Shown: positions 56,276 to 64,000 of the stretch, one piece after another | How the letters are laid out: each line of letters begins with the position of its first letter | Position numbering within the stretch: the first letter of the stretch is position 1 | Origin: Cyanidioschyzon merolae | Taxonomy: Eukaryota | Reading direction: 5' to 3' (one strand) | Assembly (NCBI GenBank): GCA_000091205.1 | Contig: AP006500.2 | Length of the DNA stretch: 64,000 nt | Position numbers and translations under genes: made by a program | Notes under the pieces: model-generated | The model's input: only the letters and a program-made list of their open reading frames with translations | What the model was told of the DNA's origin: nothing | Databases searched by the model: none

Positions 56276-58492
56276 ATGCCAGGTGTCGGGTTTGTTCAAA
56301 TGGCCCCTGGGCGGGCGGCCGCTGCACCAACCCCGCAGCGACACAGTGTGTGCCCGCGTGCACCCTCGAAACGGGAACACGCGAAACTGTGTAGCTATGC
56401 TCTGTGGAACTCTCGTAAGTCAGAGGCAGCGAAAGGTGGGCGACCACGCTCTCGTGCGGCGCAGACGCTGGAGGCGCTCCAACTAGCCCGCCGCCAGTGG
56501 GAACATCAGACCTGGTCCGTTTCCTCACAATCGAATCGCGGACGACAGCGCCGACGAGAATCTTTGGTACTCGTTTTGTTGGCCCCTGGTGTGAACTTCC
56601 GGTTGGATGACAACACTGCCCTGATTGACGGCATCACTCGGGCTAGTCGGTACGGTTCACAGCTGGGCGTCGTGGTGCCGACGGCGGCCGTCGAGCGCTA
56701 CCCGGCGATGGTTCAGGACCTTTACGATCAAGTGCAAAAACGTGGCAGCCAGCTAGGAGTGATCGATAAAGAGCGACTCGCAAAACTTCGCGCAGGGCTA
56801 GGCGAAGGCTTTCCGATCGTCATTCAGGCATGCGTTGGCGCCGAACCCTTTCTTCAGGGACTGGCGCCCTGCCCGGTTTTTTGGAGCACGCCCACAAAAG
56901 CGGGTCAAGAGCCAGTGGATGCGCCCCGATGGATGCCTCCCGCACTTGTATCTCTTGAACCTTTAAAACTGCCGCTGACCCTAGCTAATGGAACCGAGCC
57001 GACGGAACCTGACTTTCGAGAACGCTCCGTATTGCGAGCATTGCGGGAAGCGGCACCCTCGCAGACCCTGCCTGCACTCGAGCAGTGTTTCAAATTGCCG
57101 TTAGAGCTCGCAGTACTTTCGAGGGTGCGGCTACGATTCGAGTGGGAGAAGATGCATCGCCCGCGAGAGCCTGGGCATCTGCAGGCCTGGCTCTGGGGTG
57201 GCGCGATCTGTGCGCGTCTACTCGCCAGGAGTCCCCCAGCGTGCCACGCGATCACCGTATACGATATCCATGGCAATCATATGCGCGAGTTGCGCTGGGA
57301 TAGCCAACATAACCGCTTCAGTTTCCGTGGACACAATGGAGATCATGACTACGAAGCGGCTTTTTGGAGTTTTGCGCGCCGCAAGTGGCTCTGGTTGAAG
57401 CAGTCTTTCATACCCGAGGATGTCACTGCTGACTACTACGAATTCGCCAAATGGCGAGTTTTTCAACGACTCATGTCGAGTACGGTTGGTGTCTTTGGGA
57501 CGCAGGCCCTGCTGCTGGCCCTGGGTATCAAAAGCGGCAACAAAATCAGTCAGGCTGCAACGATCAGTTGGGTCCTCAAAGACGGTCTCAGCCGAGTGGG
57601 TAAAATGCTCTGGGCGAGCCAGCTCGGGCGGGACATGGATGCAGATCCCAAACGCTTTCGATTCGGTAGTGCGTTGCTCTACTCACTGGGAAACGGTCTA
57701 GAAATTGCGACAAGAATCGTTCCGCAGTCTTTTCTCCTCGTGGCCACCTTGGCGAATACCGCAAAACTGTGTTCGATGTTAACGGCTTCTGCTACGCGGA
57801 ACGCCATGTATCGTTCGTTTGCGGACCGCAATGAGAACATCGCTGACATCACGGCCAAGGGAGAGGCACAAATAACAATCGCGGATCTCGGCGGGATGGC
57901 GCTTGGGATTCAGTTATCCAAGATCATTGGAACCTCGCGCCCCAAAGTTGTAGCAACGTACCTGATTCTGAGCACCATTGATCTGTATGCAATCTGGAAG
58001 GAACTTCGAGTGATCGAGTTCCGTACGCTGAACTTGCAACGGTCGTCACTGGTCATCGAGCATTACCTCAAAACGGGATGCGTCCCGACTCCGAAGCAGG
58101 TGAGCGCTGCGGAGCGGGTGGTGCTGCCCGAACCCATTCCCCGCCACGCTTTCGTTGCATTCTCGAAGCTAGTTCGCGACGAGCAGGAGGCCGAGCAGAT
58201 GATCAAACGCTATGGTTCAGCCAGGTTCCTGATGCGCTACGGCGAGGTCCACTGGCCGTGGACGTGCCTCCATTCGAGTCGTGGTGGCATCGTTCTTCAT
58301 CGAGATGCAGACCAACAAGATATCTTCCGGGCGATTCTTTGTTGGAATCTGCGCCGCTTAGGCATCGTCCAAGAAGAAGATGAGGTACTTGCTAGAGCGG
58401 ATGTGGTGATGGAGCCACTACTGAAAGCTGCTCGCGAAGCAGGCTGGCGAACCTTTGTGTACCCAAAGTTCAAGCATCGCGCGTTGTGGTAG
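56276..58492 (+). CDS. RUS-family (DUF647, root-UV-B-sensitive-like) protein
   Basis: The central region matches the DUF647 pattern: TQALLLALGIKSGNKISQAATISWVLKDGLSRVGKMLWASQLG, RFRFGSALLYSLGNGLEIATRIVPQSFLLVATLANTAKL, FADRNENIADITAKGEAQITIADLGGMALG. The N-terminal ~150 aa are uncertain, so the true start may be further downstream. Confidence 0.65.
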   Translation: MPGVGFVQMAPGRAAAAPTPQRHSVCPRAPSKREHAKLCSYALWNSRKSEAAKGGRPRSRAAQTLEALQLARRQWEHQTWSVSSQSNRGRQRRRESLVLVLLAPGVNFRLDDNTALIDGITRASRYGSQLGVVVPTAAVERYPAMVQDLYDQVQKRGSQLGVIDKERLAKLRAGLGEGFPIVIQACVGAEPFLQGLAPCPVFWSTPTKAGQEPVDAPRWMPPALVSLEPLKLPLTLANGTEPTEPDFRERSVLRALREAAPSQTLPALEQCFKLPLELAVLSRVRLRFEWEKMHRPREPGHLQAWLWGGAICARLLARSPPACHAITVYDIHGNHMRELRWDSQHNRFSFRGHNGDHDYEAAFWSFARRKWLWLKQSFIPEDVTADYYEFAKWRVFQRLMSSTVGVFGTQALLLALGIKSGNKISQAATISWVLKDGLSRVGKMLWASQLGRDMDADPKRFRFGSALLYSLGNGLEIATRIVPQSFLLVATLANTAKLCSMLTASATRNAMYRSFADRNENIADITAKGEAQITIADLGGMALGIQLSKIIGTSRPKVVATYLILSTIDLYAIWKELRVIEFRTLNLQRSSLVIEHYLKTGCVPTPKQVSAAERVVLPEPIPRHAFVAFSKLVRDEQEAEQMIKRYGSARFLMRYGEVHWPWTCLHSSRGGIVLHRDADQQDIFRAILCWNLRRLGIVQEEDEVLARADVVMEPLLKAAREAGWRTFVYPKFKHRALW

Positions 58493-60292
58493 TGTCAGCG
58501 CACGAGGAGCATTCACTTGGCAGCCACATGCTATGCTCTGTCTGGGATCACCGCCGATTCTTCAGAGTGTCTCATGTTCTGTAAATCTCGCTTTTCTAGG
58601 GTAAAGGTCGCCAGGGACGCCCACGAGGAGGCACAGGTTGCATCTGAGCTGACAGACGACCCGGATAGCGGCACGCTCGCTCGAGAGGGTGATACCGCTG
58701 ACAGGCGTCATGGTCGCAGAGTTGTCAGGTTTAAGCGCTGTTTCAATCTCGTGCAACTATAAAAGCGAACCGGAACGAGGGCTGGTGCATATCTGCAGCT
58801 CGGAACTGAAATATTTCATGTACAGAAATTTCGAGCTAAGCACACACACACAAAACGCACTGCATACTGCTCTGCCGAACAGTCATCTTGTTTTTCATCG
58901 AGCGGGGTCAACTAATGCACAAGCCATGGCGCCGTTCTGAGGCAGCGTCGTCGCTGCAGCGCCTGAATCGCTCTGGAGAACACCGGCAGACCAGACATCA
59001 TTGGAGAGCACTGGTGCATAGATCACACACGCATTCCTGCAAGACTCCAGCCAGATGAATGTTCCCGTGAGTACCTCGCACAATCATGTGACACTTTATG
59101 CGACTTTCGTTGCATCAGCCTGGTCCAACTAGCAGCATCGCGACCTGGCTTACAACACGCCCGCTATCATAAGTGTGGACGCTAACACCTGTGTCCAGCA
59201 GCCCAGTACAGATCAAACAAAGCCGAAACCGTATTGTCTCAAATCAGTTTTTGGCGCCAAATTGCCTGCGGAGCGCATGCGTGCCAGGCCGTTGTCAGCT
59301 CACGGTATTTCAGCTTAATTACGTTGCACCCGCGCTGCGGTGCATCGCAGAAGATCGAAAACCTTACGAAACGTATCGTATCCATCGTAGACGAATTGCC
59401 TGTAGGATTCATATTCTTTACTGAACAGTGCATGGAGGACTGCATTCCTCCTCCAGGTCATTCGTAGCTCAGTACTCAGATGCTTGAGGAACACTGAAAG
59501 AAAGAACTATATGCACTTTGCGCCGAAAGCTGGTATTTTTGAAGATTACTCGTTGTAAATTGTAGAAAACGGCCCGCTGATCTTCTTGGGAAAAGCGAAA
59601 TCGACGATATTAGCCGGCACAGATGACTCTGTATCTGACTGGCTTGTTCGTGTGGTCCAGAAATCACGGATATACAGTCGCCAAAAAAGATTCCTAGTTC
59701 AAGCACCGCCGTATTGCGCCGAAATCGAAACTACAACAAAGTTTCTTGAAAGTCACTATCGGTTTGAAGCAGAGGGACGTCGGTTTGTGCTGTCAGTCGA
59801 TGTGACTTGCTCCGGATGAAACGGTCGAAGCGTGTTTGGGTATTCGTATAGAGGGAGCCCGTTGTACGTACAATCGATCTCGTAGAGAACGATGACTTCA
59901 TATGTTACAGATGCAGTGGATTCATTTGGCGGCGTCAGTTTCGCTCGTAGAGGAGGCCCATGAAACAGCACCAACCTCTTTGTCGAATTATTAAAGACTT
60001 TCCCATGATTTCCGGCGATGTCCTTCAACTGGACAGCTTCCCAATTCACCATTCCACTTGCGCTCGAGCTTCTCCCGATTTTGTTGGAGTAGAGCCACTT
60101 CTCATTCCGCCGTACACTCCGTGGGTGAACCGCATCTAAGAGAGAGTTTTCTATTGTGGAGCGCAATGGTCGCTGCACTCGGAGAATCCCTGTGCCATTC
60201 AGCAGTCAGCGACACCGAGACACTTGCCGTCTTTTTCCTGCAAGTCCTTCTTGCTCCGGGAAGGTTCTTACGTGGGGGCATAAGCATGTGCA

Positions 60293-60640
60293 TTGATTTT
60301 CAAAATTAAAGACCCTAAGGCATGCGCCGAGTGTACAGTTCAGAACATCGTTATGGAGAGCAGGCAGCGGAGTGCTGAGGACATAGAAAAGCACGGAGAG
60401 CTGCCGGAGCACCAAACGGCACAGAGGGCGCGAGTTCTTGGACTCCTCGCACTGACCAGTTCAACCAATCGCAAGAAACACATTGAGTTCATGAACTGAG
60501 ACTTTACCGCCGCCATCAATATCAGGAGATGTGCGGCACTGAAGAAGAGACCCGCGGAGCTGATGCGAGCCAGCCTTGTCGGACAACCTCTCAGTGTCGA
60601 GGTGTATAGGAAAAAGCTGAGGCTGATAACAGACAGCCGG
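60293..60640 (+). pseudogene. diverged, frameshifted C-terminal fragment of a second Fanzor-like gene (copy 3)
   Basis: CAECTVQNIVMESRQRSAEDIEKHGELPEHQTAQRARVLGLLALTSSTNRKKHIEFMN is about 50% identical to the copy-1 segment [57 protein letters not shown]. After a stop and frameshift the RuvC-III box reappears as DFTAAINIRRCAAL. The downstream block gggaggcgtctgcaagtcgg matches the copy-1 non-coding block gggaggcgtctgcacgtcgg. Confidence 0.55.
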
Positions 60641-60741
60641 TCGAAAAAAAGCTGGGAGGCGTCTGCAAGTCGGTGTATGTATGTGCTCTATGATCGCGAA
60701 ACGTTTTATGCCCACCGAGAGGAGTAACGCAGCGTGACTGC

Positions 60742-63312
60742 ATGCGTGCAATGCGTAAAGCAACCGCTTCGCCGCAATCCTTCCATGCCCCACTTTCAAA
60801 ACAGATTCTTGTTGTTCTTATTCGAGGAAGCACTTTGGATCAAACATGCATGGGTGAAAGAGAGTCATATGCTTCGTCTGTACGACGTTGCTTTCACGGG
60901 GAGCCTGCAACTCGGCGACAAGTCTTGAAGCCTGGTTCGAATACGGGTCGCTTCTTTTGGGCCTGTGCTCGCACACTCCGCTCCGGACAGCGTTGCGCGT
61001 ACTTCGTCTGGGACAGCCACTCGGGTGTGTACGAAACAGTTCAGGCTGCGGATGGTGCACGTACGAGCCTTGGAGACCAGGTCCAAGCGGACCCGACAAG
61101 TAAGAAACTGGAGAGCACACGAGGGCGTGTGCCAGGAGCGGCGTCATCACGCACCTGCGGAAGCGGGCCGTTCTGGGAGGCCCTGCGAAACACCAAGCGC
61201 AGTGGAACGTCCCAAGATCAGTTGCCGCAGTTTTCATTGAGCAGTGATCCGCAAGCAGGCAGCGCAGCAATACGCGCTGGCAGTGGGCTGGAGAAGAGGC
61301 CGAGCAAGGAACGCGCCGGCACGCAGTGGCTAGTCGAGATCGGGGACGGAGAACATTTTCACCTCTGGCCTCAGAAGAATAGCGAGGCAAACGCATATAT
61401 GCTTTTTCAGCTTGCGCAGCGAGTTCCGGGTGCAGTGCTGGAACCCTCGAAGGAACGCCTTCGGATACCATTGTCTTCCTGGACTGCAACCTCTGCAGCT
61501 GTCGCAGCGCTTGAGGGAAGCATCCGTGGCCATCCACCGCAGCGGTTGATGCAAAACCTGGTGAATCTTCGCCGTCGGTTGGAGGACCGAAATGGGGAAA
61601 AACAATGCTTCGCGGAGGTCTTGGCCCATGCTCGCGCGTCCTTGGCGTCGATTCAGCTCTGGGAGCAGTTGCTACCTTTTCAACGGACTGGCGTTGAGCG
61701 CGCGATTGTCCAAGGCGGGCGCGTCCTTCTAGCCGATGAAATGGGCCTCGGAAAAACCATCCAAGCAATTGCCATCGCGTGGGTTTTGCGAAAGGACTGG
61801 CCGGTGCTCATTGTTTGTCCAAGTTCACTGCGAGGCGCCTGGTGTCGCGAGTGGAGAGACCGGTTAGCGGGCGCCTCGCTGACACCCTCCGATATTCATG
61901 TTCTGGAGACGGCCACCGACGCGGGAAAACCTCTTCGTGCGGTCAACATCGTGTCGTACGATTTGGTGGGCCGACTTGCCGACGCGCAGCTCCAGCGCGT
62001 CGGTGTCCTGATCCTCGACGAGAGCCATTATATCAAATCAGTGGATGCCAAACGGACACAATTCCTCTTGCCTTGGCTGAAACGGATACCGCGTGTGCTG
62101 CTGCTCACCGGCACCCCGGCGCTATCGCGACCGGCAGAGCTGTTCACGCAGCTACATGGTCTGGCGCCGTCCATATTTAGTGACTGGAAAGAGTTCGCGT
62201 ATCGGTATTGCGGTGCCCGAAGTACTCCGTGGAAAGCCTTGGACACGTCTGGCGCTACCAACCTGTCCGAACTTCATCGCATCTTGACGCAAACCGTTAT
62301 GATTCGCCGTCTCAAGGCGGAGATCCTGGATCAGCTGCCTCGGAAGGAACGCGGGGTCGCGTACGTGGAGCCTGCAGCGTCCACTCCAGAGCAGTTGCAT
62401 GCCGTGCTAGACGAACTCGCGGCGACTGAGCAGAAAGCTAGCACCGGCGATCAACAAGCAGCGAGCAAGGTGAAGGCGCTCATGAGCAAGGCATTCCACC
62501 TGACCGCTGTAGCCAAAGTGCCAGCCGTGCTGGCCCAGTGTGCAGACATTTGGCGAACTGGACACAAATTTTTGCTTTTTGCCTATCACGAACTCATGCT
62601 CGACGCTGTGGAAGGATGGCTACGCGAACAACAAGGTACCTGGATACGGATCGATGGCAAGACACAAGTTACAGAGCGCCAGGCGCTAGTGGATCGGTTC
62701 CAAGATGATCCTCAATGCCGTGTAGCGCTCTTGGCGTTGACAGCAGCCGGAGCTGGTCTCACGCTCACTGCAGCCCACGTGGTACTCTTTGCCGAGCTCT
62801 ACTGGAATCCAGGCACGCTGCGGCAAGCAGAGGATCGCGTTCACCGTATCGGCCAAAAGGAGTCGGTCTCTATCCGTTACCTGATCCTGCCTCGAAGCCT
62901 TGATGATCGCATGTGGCGATCCGTCCAGAACAAGCTCGATATCTTGCATTCATCCCTGGACGGTAAAATCGATCGCGAACGAGTCAATGTGGTGGCTGGA
63001 TCAGCCTGGAATGCCCCAGAGCCAGGCCCATTGGATCGTTTCTTCAAGCGTCGTAGCCAAGGAGTGGTGTCGTCCCCGGAACCAGGTGCAGATGAGCCCA
63101 CAAGCGTACGGAGCTCTTCCGTACCAGATGCATTCGAACAAGATCACGTCCCAGTGATCGAGTCGTTCGAACCAGAGGAACCACCGGAAATTCCGTCGTC
63201 TTTCTTGAATAGTGAGCTGGGCTCGGGATCAAACCGAACGCAATTTCAGCGAGAGGCACGGAAAAGGACCTTTCAGGAAATTGAGCCGAATAACGCTCTA
63301 CCTAGTTCTTAA
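60742..63312 (+). CDS. SNF2-family ATPase, SMARCAL1/HARP-like annealing helicase, with N-terminal GRF-type zinc finger
   Basis: GRF zinc-finger segment CFHGEPATRRQVLKPGSNTGRFFWACARTLRSGQRCAYFVWD. HARP-like segment WLVEIGDGEHFHLWPQ. Helicase motifs LLPFQRTGVERAIVQGGRVLLADEMGLGKTIQAIAI, LILDESHYIKS, LLLTGTPALSRP, FAELYWNPGTLRQAEDRVHRIGQ. Acidic/S-rich C-terminal tail. Confidence 0.85.
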   Translation: MRAMRKATASPQSFHAPLSKQILVVLIRGSTLDQTCMGERESYASSVRRCFHGEPATRRQVLKPGSNTGRFFWACARTLRSGQRCAYFVWDSHSGVYETVQAADGARTSLGDQVQADPTSKKLESTRGRVPGAASSRTCGSGPFWEALRNTKRSGTSQDQLPQFSLSSDPQAGSAAIRAGSGLEKRPSKERAGTQWLVEIGDGEHFHLWPQKNSEANAYMLFQLAQRVPGAVLEPSKERLRIPLSSWTATSAAVAALEGSIRGHPPQRLMQNLVNLRRRLEDRNGEKQCFAEVLAHARASLASIQLWEQLLPFQRTGVERAIVQGGRVLLADEMGLGKTIQAIAIAWVLRKDWPVLIVCPSSLRGAWCREWRDRLAGASLTPSDIHVLETATDAGKPLRAVNIVSYDLVGRLADAQLQRVGVLILDESHYIKSVDAKRTQFLLPWLKRIPRVLLLTGTPALSRPAELFTQLHGLAPSIFSDWKEFAYRYCGARSTPWKALDTSGATNLSELHRILTQTVMIRRLKAEILDQLPRKERGVAYVEPAASTPEQLHAVLDELAATEQKASTGDQQAASKVKALMSKAFHLTAVAKVPAVLAQCADIWRTGHKFLLFAYHELMLDAVEGWLREQQGTWIRIDGKTQVTERQALVDRFQDDPQCRVALLALTAAGAGLTLTAAHVVLFAELYWNPGTLRQAEDRVHRIGQKESVSIRYLILPRSLDDRMWRSVQNKLDILHSSLDGKIDRERVNVVAGSAWNAPEPGPLDRFFKRRSQGVVSSPEPGADEPTSVRSSSVPDAFEQDHVPVIESFEPEEPPEIPSSFLNSELGSGSNRTQFQREARKRTFQEIEPNNALPSS

Positions 63313-64000
63313 AGCGCAGTCAACTAGAGAGTAAAGTCGTCGGTTGCTGACACTCGTGTGGCACTCTGCAGAAAGATCCGCGAAGCACCTATCGCCTCGA
63401 TGACTCAAGTTGAGCTCGTATGGTGCCGCATGCGCTGCAGGAAGCTGACGCTGCATCAGCGTGGCCGGTGCTCTCCGCATCAACTCTCCGAAGCGAGCCG
63501 GATGCGTTGCGAACGAGGGTGCAAAGCAGCGCAGGGCACCACATGTGAGCGGGTGTTGCGATGCAAAGCTCGTAAAAGCCAAGACACCAGCGTCGAACCT
63601 AAAATGCCTCGGGCAGAACCTGCAGCCAAGTTCAGTCGTTGCGGGTCCAGAAACGCACATGGAAGCTGTGGCGTCAACACGTGGCCAACAAAGGGAAAAG
63701 TGGCATTTTCATTAGAGATGCGGTCAGCAACGACTGACAATGTCGGCTCGCTTGGGGCTTCGATTCCCTCCTCCAGTTGGATATTCTGCAAGAACTGGTG
63801 CGCCTCTGAACGCAGTCTCGCATACCTTTCTGGGCCTGCACGTCAGCGCTCAAGACCACCGCGAAAGTGTCCCAGGTTTCATATACTGCGTCCAGGGAGG
63901 CTCGGAGGTCGTCGTTGCCGCTGTCGGCCAGCATTCGTGCGCCTCTAGCCTGGCGCGCTGCTCCTCAAAGCGCGCGTCGCAGCGGAGTCCAGCAGGGCTC

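Overview
This window looks like nuclear DNA from a GC-rich (about 55%), intron-poor eukaryote, not a bacterium. Long uninterrupted ORFs sit on both strands at roughly one gene per 3.5 kb. A plant-type ferredoxin-NADP+ reductase with a transit-peptide-like leader points to a plastid-bearing lineage. An intron-poor alga such as a cyanidiophyte-like red microalga would fit, but that is inference only. Recognisable genes, in order: PCID2/CSN12-like PCI protein (5' partial), a NOC3-like nucleolar protein, ALG1 mannosyltransferase, plastid FNR, RAD51, a PAP2 lipid phosphate phosphatase, an APC-family amino acid/polyamine transporter, a USP deubiquitinase, a GRAM/VASt (Aster/LAM-like) sterol-transfer protein, a 2OG-Fe(II) oxygenase, succinate-semialdehyde dehydrogenase, a WD40 protein, a RUS/DUF647 protein and a SMARCAL1-like SNF2 ATPase with a GRF zinc finger. 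The standout is an intact 752-aa ORF at 40282..42540 (- strand). It carries the hallmarks of a eukaryotic TnpB homolog (Fanzor-like RNA-guided endonuclease): a RuvC-I GADPG motif, a C-terminal zinc-ribbon-like segment and a Ruv[13 protein letters not shown] motif. It has a 4x tandem 75-bp in-frame repeat that re-duplicates the RuvC-I strand, a basic NLS-like N-terminus, and a conserved non-coding 3' terminus with a subterminal hairpin, which is where the guide/omegaRNA is expected. Two more fragments of the same family lie in the window. One is a solo 3' end at 54601..54845 (stop codon lost), abutted by a 5'-truncated LINE 3' end. The other is a diverged, frameshifted C-terminal fragment at 60293..60640, immediately upstream of the SNF2 gene. 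A non-LTR retrotransposon (LINE-like) fragment with the ORF2 C-terminal zinc motif sits 5' of the Fanzor ORF. A separate ~320-bp dispersed repeat family has three same-orientation intergenic copies. Several microsatellites are present, including (CA)n. No rRNA, canonical tRNA or CRISPR array could be supported.
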